From: a virus
Lineage: Duplodnaviria; Caudoviricetes
Strand: one strand, 5' to 3'
DNA length: 64,000 bases
IMG/VR virus record: IMGVR_UViG_3300029928_000005
Span: 34,117 to 98,116 of that record
The notes below the pieces were generated by a model. The model made no database searches and was not told where the DNA came from. It saw nothing but the letters and a program-made list of their open reading frames with translations. This document shows, one piece after another, positions 8,497-19,800 of this stretch (within the stretch, counting starts at the first letter, position 1; every line of letters begins with the position of its first letter). The translations under genes were made by a program, and so were the position numbers.

Positions 8497-11226
8497 ATGA
8501 GTTCACTTAGACTTCGTAAAAGACGTATTCCTAACATAGTAAGAGGAGGTCGAGCAATATCTCTAGATAATAATGGTGAATTGTATTATTTACAAGGTCG
8601 TAGTCATGCGCAAGGAGGTATTGATATAGGCGAAAATCCTAGAACTGGTATTGAAGCTGAAGGTGGTGAAATAGTACAAATGAAACCTAATGAATTAAGA
8701 GTACTTTCAGCTCAAGATTTTATTGGTGGTGGTGTTAGTCCAGCTAAACAAGTTTTAGCTGGAGCTGACCCAGATAAAGTATTTAATGAACAAGAAAGAT
8801 TTAAAGATAGACATAGACTTAATGATGATGGCAGTAAATATAAAGAAGGCGGAAGTAGCGATAATCAAGATAGTTTAAATAATAAACCTGTTACAAATAA
8901 AGAACTTGCTTGGGATATTGTTAAATTATTAGACCCTACAGGTATTACTTCTTATAATGATGTTAAACGAGCTTTTAATGATTATAAAGATAATCCTATA
9001 GATTTACAATTATTTGGTAATTTATTATTTGAAACTGCTGGAGCTTTACCTGTTATTGGTAAAATTGGTAAGATTGGTAAATTACCTAGATTAATTACTA
9101 AATGGGGTAGAAGAGCTAAATTATTTAATAAAGCTCCTAAAGTTGCTGGAGATATAGATATGCTATATAATGATGGAGAAATTACTAAAGGTTTAGCATA
9201 TAAAGCTGCTAGAAATAGTGGAGGTATTGATGGAATGGGATTTATTATAGGTTCTGCTATTGATGATAAACCTTATACAGGAATTTATAATAATAAAAGT
9301 AATAAAAACGTTTTACGTTTATCTATTTATGGAGACGAAACTGGATTTAGAAAAAGTAGAATTAAAGAATCTCTTATAGATACTAAAAATAATAATGTTA
9401 TTGGAGACCTAAACAAATATTATTATCATAGTATGTATCCTTACGAAACTATTGATATACCAAAAAATAAAAAAGATGTTATTGATAATAATGTAGGAAA
9501 TATAATTAGAATTAATGGAGATATGATTGAAACAAAAGAACCCATATTAGATTATAAAGATGCAAGTCTAGCTATTAAAAGTCCTAATAAAGCTAGACTT
9601 TTTGATGTTTGGGACCAATCTAATAGTGTTCTTGGTAGAGCTTTAGATTTTGCAACTAGACCTACAGATAAATATAATTCTGGTATTCCTACTTTTATTA
9701 ATGAAATTCCTATAAGATATGTAGATAAAAATAATCAAAATAGTAAAACATTTAATGATATGATTATTCTAGATGATAATTTTAAAAATCAATTTAATCA
9801 AAAAAGAAATGGTGGTATGATTGCTACAATAAATGGAAATGTAAAAAACGGATTAATTACTACTCCACGTAAAAAATGTGGTGGACGTAGAAAAGCTGAA
9901 GGTGGTTTAACCACTACTACAGGTAGAAGAGGTACTTTAGCCAATGATACTTGGGAAACTAATGTTCTTTATTCTCCTGAACTTCTTGATTATTATAAAA
10001 ATATAGATTTAACTCAAGACCATGCTAGGCAAGATGCTTATTTTGCTACTAAGAATACTGTAAATTTTGACCCAAGTGGGGATACTTATGATGTTAATAA
10101 AGCTGTATTGCCTTATCAACAATGGTTTGCTAGAGACGCTCAAGGTTTGTTTAATAACATTAATAATAATACTGTAGCTAGAGGTAATACAGGTAATTGG
10201 TTAGACAATCGTTGGAGTAATGCTACGGAACAATATCATACCGGTATAAATTTACCAAGAGATGTTATTGTTAAATATAATGAACAACTTAAAGCTAATA
10301 ATAGATATATTGCTAATGACCTAGAAAATAATATGACTAAAGTATATGAAATGCCTGAACTTCTTAAAGCTCCTAATGTTCCACAACCTGTTAGACCTGA
10401 TTTATCTCCTATTGGACGTAATTCATCTCCTATTGGACGTAATTCATCTCCTACGGGGGGTCAAGCTAAAACTCCTCAAAGTTCTACTCCCCGTAGAAGA
10501 ATTAAATGGAATAATGACCTTACTTCTCTTGTAGTTAATGGACTTGGTTTTCTTGGAGCTTTTGGTGCTGATTTATGGGGAACTAATCTTCGTAGTTGGG
10601 AACCTTATCTTGAAGCTCCTGTTAAACTTAAAACTAATTGGAATATTAATCCTCAACTTGATAGAATTAGAGAATCTAGTCAAGAAGCTTATCGAGATAT
10701 TGATGCTAATACAGCTTCTAGTAGTACAGCTTTAGCTCGTAAACAACGAGTTCGTAATCAAGCTCAATATACTGCTAATGAACAATGGGGTACTAAAGAA
10801 AATAAAGAAACTGAACTTATTAATAAAGATAAACTTAATAGACAAAGTGTTCGTAATCGTAATACTAATAGATTAAATTATTGGGCTGAATCTGATGCTA
10901 ATATTGCTAATATGCGTAGACGTCTTCGTGGTGCTGCTTGGTCTAGTTTATTTGATAATCTTAATAAGACAGTTCAAGGTTATATTGGACGTAGAGACCA
11001 AAGACGTAGAGATGAAGCTATAGAACGTATGTTTAATAGAGCTTATCCTCATGGAGCTGCTATGGCTAGAAATATTCAAAGTCAAGAATCTAGCGGTGAT
11101 GCAACAATTCCTAGTTTAGCTACTAATCCTATCGCTGTTGCTGGTAGATTAGCAACAAAAGCACTTGATGATGAAATTGTAGCAAAGACTAAGAAAAGAT
11201 ATGGTAGTAAAATTAAAAGAAAATAA
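8497..11226 (+). CDS. virion cargo/ejection protein, multi-module
   Basis: 909 aa; N-term GRSHAQGG..EAEGGE; C-term PVKLKT.WNINPQL plus coiled coil as in crAss cargo proteins; internal DPTG..GALPVIGK segment. Confidence 0.6.
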   Translation: MSSLRLRKRRIPNIVRGGRAISLDNNGELYYLQGRSHAQGGIDIGENPRTGIEAEGGEIVQMKPNELRVLSAQDFIGGGVSPAKQVLAGADPDKVFNEQERFKDRHRLNDDGSKYKEGGSSDNQDSLNNKPVTNKELAWDIVKLLDPTGITSYNDVKRAFNDYKDNPIDLQLFGNLLFETAGALPVIGKIGKIGKLPRLITKWGRRAKLFNKAPKVAGDIDMLYNDGEITKGLAYKAARNSGGIDGMGFIIGSAIDDKPYTGIYNNKSNKNVLRLSIYGDETGFRKSRIKESLIDTKNNNVIGDLNKYYYHSMYPYETIDIPKNKKDVIDNNVGNIIRINGDMIETKEPILDYKDASLAIKSPNKARLFDVWDQSNSVLGRALDFATRPTDKYNSGIPTFINEIPIRYVDKNNQNSKTFNDMIILDDNFKNQFNQKRNGGMIATINGNVKNGLITTPRKKCGGRRKAEGGLTTTTGRRGTLANDTWETNVLYSPELLDYYKNIDLTQDHARQDAYFATKNTVNFDPSGDTYDVNKAVLPYQQWFARDAQGLFNNINNNTVARGNTGNWLDNRWSNATEQYHTGINLPRDVIVKYNEQLKANNRYIANDLENNMTKVYEMPELLKAPNVPQPVRPDLSPIGRNSSPIGRNSSPTGGQAKTPQSSTPRRRIKWNNDLTSLVVNGLGFLGAFGADLWGTNLRSWEPYLEAPVKLKTNWNINPQLDRIRESSQEAYRDIDANTASSSTALARKQRVRNQAQYTANEQWGTKENKETELINKDKLNRQSVRNRNTNRLNYWAESDANIANMRRRLRGAAWSSLFDNLNKTVQGYIGRRDQRRRDEAIERMFNRAYPHGAAMARNIQSQESSGDATIPSLATNPIAVAGRLATKALDDEIVAKTKKRYGSKIKRK
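10404..10453 (+). repeat. 21-bp tandem repeat (ATCTCCTATTGGACGTAATTC x2.4) running into a CTACGGGG motif
   Basis: Units 10404-10424 and 10425-10445, partial 10446-10453; encodes SPIGRNS-SPIGRNS-SPTGG. Confidence 0.95.
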
Positions 11227-11228
11227 TT

Positions 11229-13832
11229 ATGCCTTTTACAGTTGTTTATCCTGAATATACTCCTTCTATAGATTTAAATGCTGTAGAAAGAACATATAAA
11301 AGACTCGAAGATGCACATCAACAAACTATTAATAATTTAAGTACTTCTAAAGCTGCTATTGCTGCTCTTGATTTAAATAAAGATGAAGACCCTTGGCGTC
11401 AAGAACAAATAGCTAAACTTGATAATGCTATGTCTGATATGTATCTTTATGGTAATGCTTATGCTGCTGCTGATGAATTAAATAAAATGATTGGTGATAT
11501 TGCTTCTGACCCCGGTATGATTGGTAGAGTTCGTGCTCAACAACAATATAAAACTTGGGAAACTAATCTTGATAAAAGTAATCTTAATGATAAACAAAAA
11601 GCTTATTTTAAAGTTATGAATAAATATCATTATGAAGATATTCGTGATGATTCAGGTAGAGTAATAGGTGGTACTGATTGGACACCTCAAGTTAATTATG
11701 TTAATAATGTAGATATTGGAGCTTTAATGGCTAGAGCAACTCAATTAGCTGCTGCAGATGCTAGCGGTAGTGATATTGTATATTATAAAGATGCTTCTGG
11801 AAGATGGACGACTAATGTTGATGCTTCTATTGATGGACTTCCTTATTATAAAGTTAATGGACAATATGAAGTTCTTAGTAAAGATAAAGTTAGATTAGCT
11901 TTAGATACTGTTATTAGAGGAACTCCTGGAGCTTTAGATAGTATTAATCAAAATTATGATATTGATAAATGGTATAATGATAAAGGAGATGCTAGTAGCA
12001 AAATGAATATTATAGGTAAAGATGGTAAATTACTTACTAGAAATCAATATATTGAAAGAATACTTGATGGATTTGCTAATATTGCTAGTTATAGTAAATC
12101 TATGACTACTATGACTCCTCTTGCTGGTATGAGTGTTGCAGCTATGAAAGAACATAATAAAAGAAAAGGTACTAATGGAGATTTTTCTAAAACTTTATTT
12201 GATACGTTTGGAGATATTGAAAATACTAAATTTAAAGGAAATACTCGCGAAGAGCCTGATGCTACTATTGAAGGTGTAGCTGCTACTCGTAATGCAGCTG
12301 TACAACAAATGGCTAATCTTGCTGCTAAATATGATATACAATGGAATGATAAAAATATTGATGCTGGAATGCAAGCTCTTATTCAAGATGGTAGATTAAC
12401 TCCTGAAGAATATAGAGTTTTATATGAATATGAATTATCTAATAATGTTTATAAACATCTTATTGATAAAAATCCTAATATAAAAAATCCAGCAGATTAT
12501 ACTGCTGCTATAGATGCTGGTATTAGTATGATTGATACAGATAAGAATACATATATTATTAAACATAATCAAATTATTAATAATTTATTTAATGGACAAG
12601 ATAAAATAGCTATTGAAACTAATGTAAGTCCTGATTCTATTAAAAAAGCATTAGCTATGAAAGGTATTAATATTAATGATTTAGGTCTTAGTGTAGAACC
12701 ATCTGAAGATGGTAATGATATACTTTATATGAATTATGACCATGCTGATAAATTAGGTAAAGCGTATGATATTATAAAACCATATATAAATAAAGAAAAT
12801 ATGATACTAAATGGAGACCCTTCCGTTTTAAGTGGAACTATTTATACAAGAAGACCTAATAATCCTTTTGAAATTGCTGGTAAACAAATAAATAATTTAT
12901 ATAATCAAGCTATTAAAGATTTAAAAAATAATATAAAAAATAATGATTATGGATATGTTCAAGATGATTTATATAGTATGAATACTATTGTTGAAAGTCT
13001 TGCTAATAATCGTATGAGACAAAATATGCTTATGGGAGATGAAGTTAATGAATCTGATTATAATAATTATAAGAAATGGTATAAAGATATGTTTAGCGGA
13101 TTTGGTAATGTTACTGATAAAGAAATGAGTATTGGTACTGGTGTTAATTCTGAACAAATTATACAAGAAGGTGCTGCTAAACAAAGTATTATGCAATTTA
13201 TTCGTATGATAATGAATGGAGAAATTGAAGGTAGTGTTAATAGAAATGTTAAGACTGATATGACTAAAGAACAATTTGATGTTCAATTTTCTGAAACTGA
13301 AAGTCTAAGAAAAAATAAAACTTATGGTGCTGTAATTGATAATTTGGAAAAATATGGAATAAAACTTACAGGTAAAAATGATGGTATGTATAGATTTACT
13401 CTTACTACTGACCCTTTATATACTAATGAAGCTATGCAAGCTATTTATAGTAATCCTGATTTTGTAGCTGCAAAAGACTTATCTAATTTTGTTAATGCTG
13501 GAGCTACAGAAATTCCTTTTGATAGAAGTAAAACTACTATTTATTTTGATAAAAATACAGGTCGGTATAGTTATAGTAGTCAATATAGACCTTCTCCTGA
13601 ACCAATAACTCAACGAGAAGCTATAAGTATTGCTTCTGGAGATAGAAGACTTTCTGAACTTTATAATTATTATCTTAATAGAATAAATAATAATAGACCT
13701 TTTAGTCCTTCTGAAGAAATAGAATTTAATAACAATTTAACTCAAGCTGTTATTGATTTAAATCCTGAAGCTTCAGAAGATGAAATCAAAGCTATTGTAT
13801 TTTATCATATAAATAAATTAGAAGGAGAATAA
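11229..13832 (+). CDS. virion cargo/ejection protein (putative)
   Basis: 867-aa ORF in the cargo cluster, mostly helical; synteny. Confidence 0.55.
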   Translation: MPFTVVYPEYTPSIDLNAVERTYKRLEDAHQQTINNLSTSKAAIAALDLNKDEDPWRQEQIAKLDNAMSDMYLYGNAYAAADELNKMIGDIASDPGMIGRVRAQQQYKTWETNLDKSNLNDKQKAYFKVMNKYHYEDIRDDSGRVIGGTDWTPQVNYVNNVDIGALMARATQLAAADASGSDIVYYKDASGRWTTNVDASIDGLPYYKVNGQYEVLSKDKVRLALDTVIRGTPGALDSINQNYDIDKWYNDKGDASSKMNIIGKDGKLLTRNQYIERILDGFANIASYSKSMTTMTPLAGMSVAAMKEHNKRKGTNGDFSKTLFDTFGDIENTKFKGNTREEPDATIEGVAATRNAAVQQMANLAAKYDIQWNDKNIDAGMQALIQDGRLTPEEYRVLYEYELSNNVYKHLIDKNPNIKNPADYTAAIDAGISMIDTDKNTYIIKHNQIINNLFNGQDKIAIETNVSPDSIKKALAMKGININDLGLSVEPSEDGNDILYMNYDHADKLGKAYDIIKPYINKENMILNGDPSVLSGTIYTRRPNNPFEIAGKQINNLYNQAIKDLKNNIKNNDYGYVQDDLYSMNTIVESLANNRMRQNMLMGDEVNESDYNNYKKWYKDMFSGFGNVTDKEMSIGTGVNSEQIIQEGAAKQSIMQFIRMIMNGEIEGSVNRNVKTDMTKEQFDVQFSETESLRKNKTYGAVIDNLEKYGIKLTGKNDGMYRFTLTTDPLYTNEAMQAIYSNPDFVAAKDLSNFVNAGATEIPFDRSKTTIYFDKNTGRYSYSSQYRPSPEPITQREAISIASGDRRLSELYNYYLNRINNNRPFSPSEEIEFNNNLTQAVIDLNPEASEDEIKAIVFYHINKLEGE

Positions 13833-13835
13833 TAT

Positions 13836-16800
13836 ATGAGTTTAAAAGATGCTTTTAATAAAATGAATCAAGAGCCGGCAAATGCTGCTGGCTCTAATTA
13901 TATAAATCCTTTTGAAAGATATATACAAAATAACAATCTTGATAATACTCCTACATATTCTAGTGAAAAAGCAATTAGAAATGTTGATTTAAGTGGTCAA
14001 AATGTTATTCATTATAACCCATTACAATATAATAAATATGATATACCTGTTACTCCTAAAAGTAATATTGATGAACTTAATAGACAAAGAGCTATTAATC
14101 AATCTTTTGGTGAACAACTTTGGAGATTTGGTGTTCAAACTGTAGGAGACCAAATAGTTCTAGGAACTCTTCAAGCATTTACTGATATGGGTGATGCTTT
14201 ACTTGGTAATCAAGGTGGAGATTATTCTAATCCTCTTAGTACTGCTATAGAAGAAGCTAGAGAAGCTATTAGAGAAGCTAATGAGATATATAGAGTTAAT
14301 CCTGGTGAAAGTTTTGATTTAACAGATAGTGGATGGTGGCTTAATGGAGCTACTAGTATTGTAAGTTCTTTAGCTTTAATGGCTCCCGGACTTGCTGTTA
14401 CCAAAGGCGTTGGATTATTAGCTAAAGCTATTAATGCCACTAAAGGTGTTACTAAATTATTAGAAGGTTATAATACTGTTGCTAAAGGAGCTAAACTTGG
14501 AGCTTTAACAGTTAATAGTGCTAGAAGTGCTCAAATAATAGGACAAGGAAGTGAAGTATTAGGAATGGCTGCTGTTAGTAGAATTGCTGAAAATTATCAA
14601 GAAGCTAGACAAACTTATACTAATAGTATTGACCAAGTTATGAATGGTCTTGCCAATATGTCTAATGAAGAAAGAGATGAATTTGATAAAAACAATCCTG
14701 AATTTGCTAACAAATCTGATAGAGAAATAGCAGAATTAATAGCTGGTGAATCTGCTGATGATGTATTTTGGAAAGATATGTATCTTATAGCTTTTGATGC
14801 TATACAACTTAAAGCTCTTAATAAAGTATGGAAAGGTTTTCAAGGCAAAGGTCCTCTTAGTAAAGCTGTTCGTGATGAAGAACGTAAATTTGCTGCACAA
14901 ATTAGTGGTAAAACTTATGAACCTCTTACTGGTTTTAAAGGATTTGTTGATGATATGAAATTAATGATAAATCCTAAAATTGTTTTAACTGAAGCTACTG
15001 AAGGTTTAGAAGAATCATGGCAATATACTACTCAAAAAAGAGCTGAAGAAAATCTTCTTAATAAATTAAATCCTAAACAACAAGTTAGAGGTTATCTTGA
15101 TATTATTACTGATGAAGAAAGTTTAGAAAATGCTTTTTGGGGATGGATTGGTGGTATTACTTTTCAAGGATTAGGTGGTGCTACTATGAGAGGTATTAAT
15201 GCTTATCAAGATAAACGATATAAAAAAAAACATCCTGAAGATGCTGCTGGATATAATCTTCGTCGTCAAGAAGGAGTTATGGATTCTTATAGAACTGAAG
15301 AAATTAAATCTCGTATTAGCGAAATAGGTCGTTATCATGAATTAAGAAAACTTGTTGACGATGGTTATGATGTTTATAATTATAGAACAGATGAAAATAA
15401 TAATATAATAACAGACCAAGAAGGAAATGTTGTTTATGAACCTCTTACTGATGAATATCAAGGTGAATTAATAAAACAAGATTTGGAAAATGATATGCTT
15501 GTTAATATAGCTTTAAATGCTTATGACAGAGGTAATTATAATGCTCTTAAAGAAACAGTTAAAGATACAAATTTTAATGAACAAGATAAAAGTTTTGCTG
15601 ATAGAGCTATTAGTAAAATGGACGAAACTGTTGATATGTATGAAAAAGAATTAGGAATGGCTATTGCTAATTCTTTTTCAGAAAATATTGCTCGTCAAAT
15701 AGCTTTAAATAATGTTAAAGCAAAACTTAAAATTAGAAATCATGAAAAACTTGCTACTGATTTCGGAGTTCATATTGAAGATTTGATGCGTATTAATAAT
15801 TATTCTGGTGATGACGAAAAAGAAATAAGAACAAAACTTCAAGAACTTGAACTTGCTTATTATAAAGAACAACTTGAAGAAATTAATTATCAAATTGAAG
15901 ATTATAAAAGAAGATATAATGAATCTACTACTGATAGAATTAGTCGTAGTACTTTTTTAAAACAAATTAGACAACTTAATAGAATTAAAAATATTATATA
16001 TAATAAAAAACCTGAACTTAAACAATTAGAAAATAGACGTAATGAAATTGATAATCAAATAACTTCTTTACAAGAAGAACTTACTAATGCTGCTAAACAA
16101 TTAAGAAATGCCATTGATGTTAGAGATAGTAATCTTGAAAAAACTCTTAGTGATGGAATGACTAAAACTCAAGAAACTACTGATAATTTAAATAAAGAAT
16201 TAATAGATATAGATATTTCTAGTAAAAAATCTTATGACGATATTTATGATGAACTTTCTAATATAAATAAAGAAATAGCTGATGCTAAAAATAATGAACT
16301 TACATTTACTAGTAGAGCTTTAATTAACGGAGGAGAAATTCTAAATACTAAAAATGAAATTACTCAAGAAGCTGAATTTATTAATAATACTCTTAGAGCA
16401 TTTAGAGATAAAGAATTAGGAGATGCTGATAAAACTATTAATGATATTATATCTAATAAAGATTTAAATTTAGAAGAAATTGCTGATGAACTTAATGGAA
16501 GACAAACAAATCTTCCAGACGAAGTTAAGACTAGACTTAAAAAAGCTATTGAAAAATATAATCTTTATAGTTATAATAATGCTCCTATATTAGATAAAAT
16601 TAGTATTAAACTTAGACAAGAAGCTAGAAAAAGAGAAGAAGCTCCTGAAGCTGTTAAAAATGACGAACCTGTTACTGAAGTTCCTGTTACTCCTATACAA
16701 AGTGAAGCTAGTGAAGAAACTGTTAGTTCCCCCGTAGAAGGAGAAACTCAGTCTACATCTTCTACTTCTACGGGGAGTCAAACACAACAATCAGTTATTA

Positions 16801-19800
16801 CTACTAATGAAGGTGAAGTTATTGTTAGTGAAGAATTAGACCCAGATATAAGTCCAGAAGATAAAGCAAATTTAGAAGCTATTACTATTCAATCTCAAGG
16901 AGATTATGAAGTAGGCAAATCTATTAGAAATGATATTCGTAAAGCTTTATCTAATAAAAATATAGATTGGTTTGCTAGAGATTATAATACTATATTTAAT
17001 GAAATAAAACAACAACTTCTTAATAAATATAATAAAGAAGATGTAGATAGAGAAATGAAAGATTTTGATATGCAACTTTATGAATCTATTAGCAATAATG
17101 GAATTTCATTTGAAGATGCTGTTCAAAATATTAATTATTTTAGAAAAGCTATAGAAGAAAGTAATAGTAGTCTTATTTTTGAAAGCGCAGCTGTTGCAAA
17201 TAATAATAATTTAGCTAATGAACAATTAAGACAATTATATATTAATCTTATAGAAAGATATGTAGAAAAAAATAATATAGTTACTAATAGTCAAAGATTA
17301 TATGTAAATCTTGATGAACTTATTAAATATTTAATTCGTAATGGTATTGTTGATAGAACTACTCTAAGAAATATTTATAATAATATGAGTTTATTTTTTA
17401 GAAGTAGATATAATAATGGAGATACTATTTATAAACTTAAATATGTTCCTTTTAGATTAAGTGAAAGAAAACTTGATAAATTATTTAATGAAGTTGAAGC
17501 TGGAGATAATATAGGTCAAGATATATTTAAACGAGCTATAGACCCTACAGCTGATAAACGTATAAATGTTATTAATAAAGAATTATATCTTGAAGCTGGT
17601 ACTCCTATTTATGCTGTAAGACATAGTAGTGGATTTGGTATAGACTTTTATGTAGAACAAGATGGTAAAATGGTACAAATAGGTTATAATTCTATAGGTA
17701 AAAGAAGTGCTAATGGTAATGGATATAATATAACTGCTCGTGGTATAAATTATAATATTTTAAATGAAAATGGAGTTTATACATCTGATTTAGATGATAT
17801 ATTTACTACTTTATTTCCTTATAATGAGAACTATGAAAATATTCCTTTGTCAAAAGATGATGGAAAAGCATTAAATGCTATATTTGATTTAGGATATGAA
17901 ATGGTTAATCTTAAAGTTAATAAAAAATTTAAAGATGGTTGGCTTATTAATTATAAAGAACAAATAGAAGATATATTAAAATGTAAAATTATTAATGATT
18001 TTCTAAGTAAACATTTTTCTAATTTTGCTACTAATAAAGAAGGAGCTGTAAGTTCTTTTATTCAACTTATATATCCTATTATTGAATTTTCTAGAGTAAG
18101 TGGTTTAAATTCTGATTTGAATCGTAATGTTGTAATACTTTATAAGGATTTTATTATTAGGCAGATTTCTAATTATGATTTTACTAATCAGCTTAATAAA
18201 CAATTACAAGGTATGCCGAATACTAGTAAAAATCCAGCTGTTGTTACTTTAAATGTTACTCGTTCACAAAGAGGAGACCCAATTGAAGAAGGAGAACTTA
18301 AACCTATTAATGCTGATTCTATTGTAGGCTTTAATTTAGATAAATCTGATAATTCTGAAGGAGAAGTTCATTTAGCTAGAATAATTGATAAAGGACAAAT
18401 TAAATTAGATAATGGTAGAATACATAATATACCTGGATTTAATAGAAATTTAGGTTCTCCATTACTTTTAGCTCTTAGTAATGGTAGTAATTATCCAGAT
18501 TATATTCCTATTTATGCTTCTACTATTAACGAATTAAAAGATGATGATTTCGGAAAAGATTTACTTGCTGAAATAAATAATATTTTTATTAATTTCAAAA
18601 ATGGAGTTATAGATTTTGATACAGTTTATGATAGACTTAAAGAATTAATCGGTCCTAATAAACTTATTCAAGATATGGCTCTTTATAAAACTAAAGATGA
18701 TAAAATTATTATTAGTTATTATAAAAATGTAGGTACAAATAAAACTGCTGATATTACAATATATAAAAGAGATAATGCTGGAAATATAAGTACTGGTATT
18801 AGTTTTACTAATTCAGATGGAAATGTTACTAGTGGTAAACAATTATCTGATAAAACTATTAATGATTTTATTAGTAGATTATTTGGAATAGCTCGTATAG
18901 CTTCAAATTATGATTATTTTGAAAATGTTACTATTGATACTCCTTATGTAAAGAAGAATAATAAAGAAATGATAATAACTCTTAATAATCATGAATATAA
19001 AGCTAGAAATTATCTTGAATTTATTAGTAAATATAAAACTGGTAAAATTCAACTTGATAAGAAAGTTATTAATGGAAAAGAAACTAATTTTAATCCATTA
19101 ACTACTAATCAAGGAGCTAATATTAATATCCAAGTTGATTATAATGAACAATCTGGAAATCAAGTAGATAATAGAGTTCAAGAAGAAGAAAATAAAAATA
19201 TTAATGATTTTCTTAATAAAGCTAGACAATCTGGTAATAATATTTCTATTAATAAATTATTACCTAAACGTAATACTAAAAAACTATTAGAATTATTTGC
19301 TCCTAATTATGTTGGAACATTTTTTAATAGTAATGGAAGTATTAGAACTATAGGTTCTGTTGGTTTATTGCCAACAAATTTTATTATTAGAGCTTTCGAT
19401 GAAAATGGAGATTTTATAGAATATGATGCAAATAATCCTAATAAAGAAGTTGATGCTAGTTATTATGAAAATGGAACTTATGAAATAACTACTAAATTAC
19501 TTACTAGAGTAAATCCTAATGATGAATCTAGTCAAGAAGAATTTATTAGAACTTTATTACATGAACGAGTTCATGGTCTTATAGCTAGTAAAGCTGGTAA
19601 AGTTAATATAGAAGAAATTCGTGATGGTATTAATTATATTATAGATAAACTTTACGAATTTGTTGATAATGGAGATAAATTATCTCAATACGCTTTAGCT
19701 AATAACTTAAATGTTGATATTCTTCGTAATAATCTCAATAAACTTAGAGATTATATTAATAATTTAAAACGTAATGGTAAAAATGATACTGCTGTAGAAG

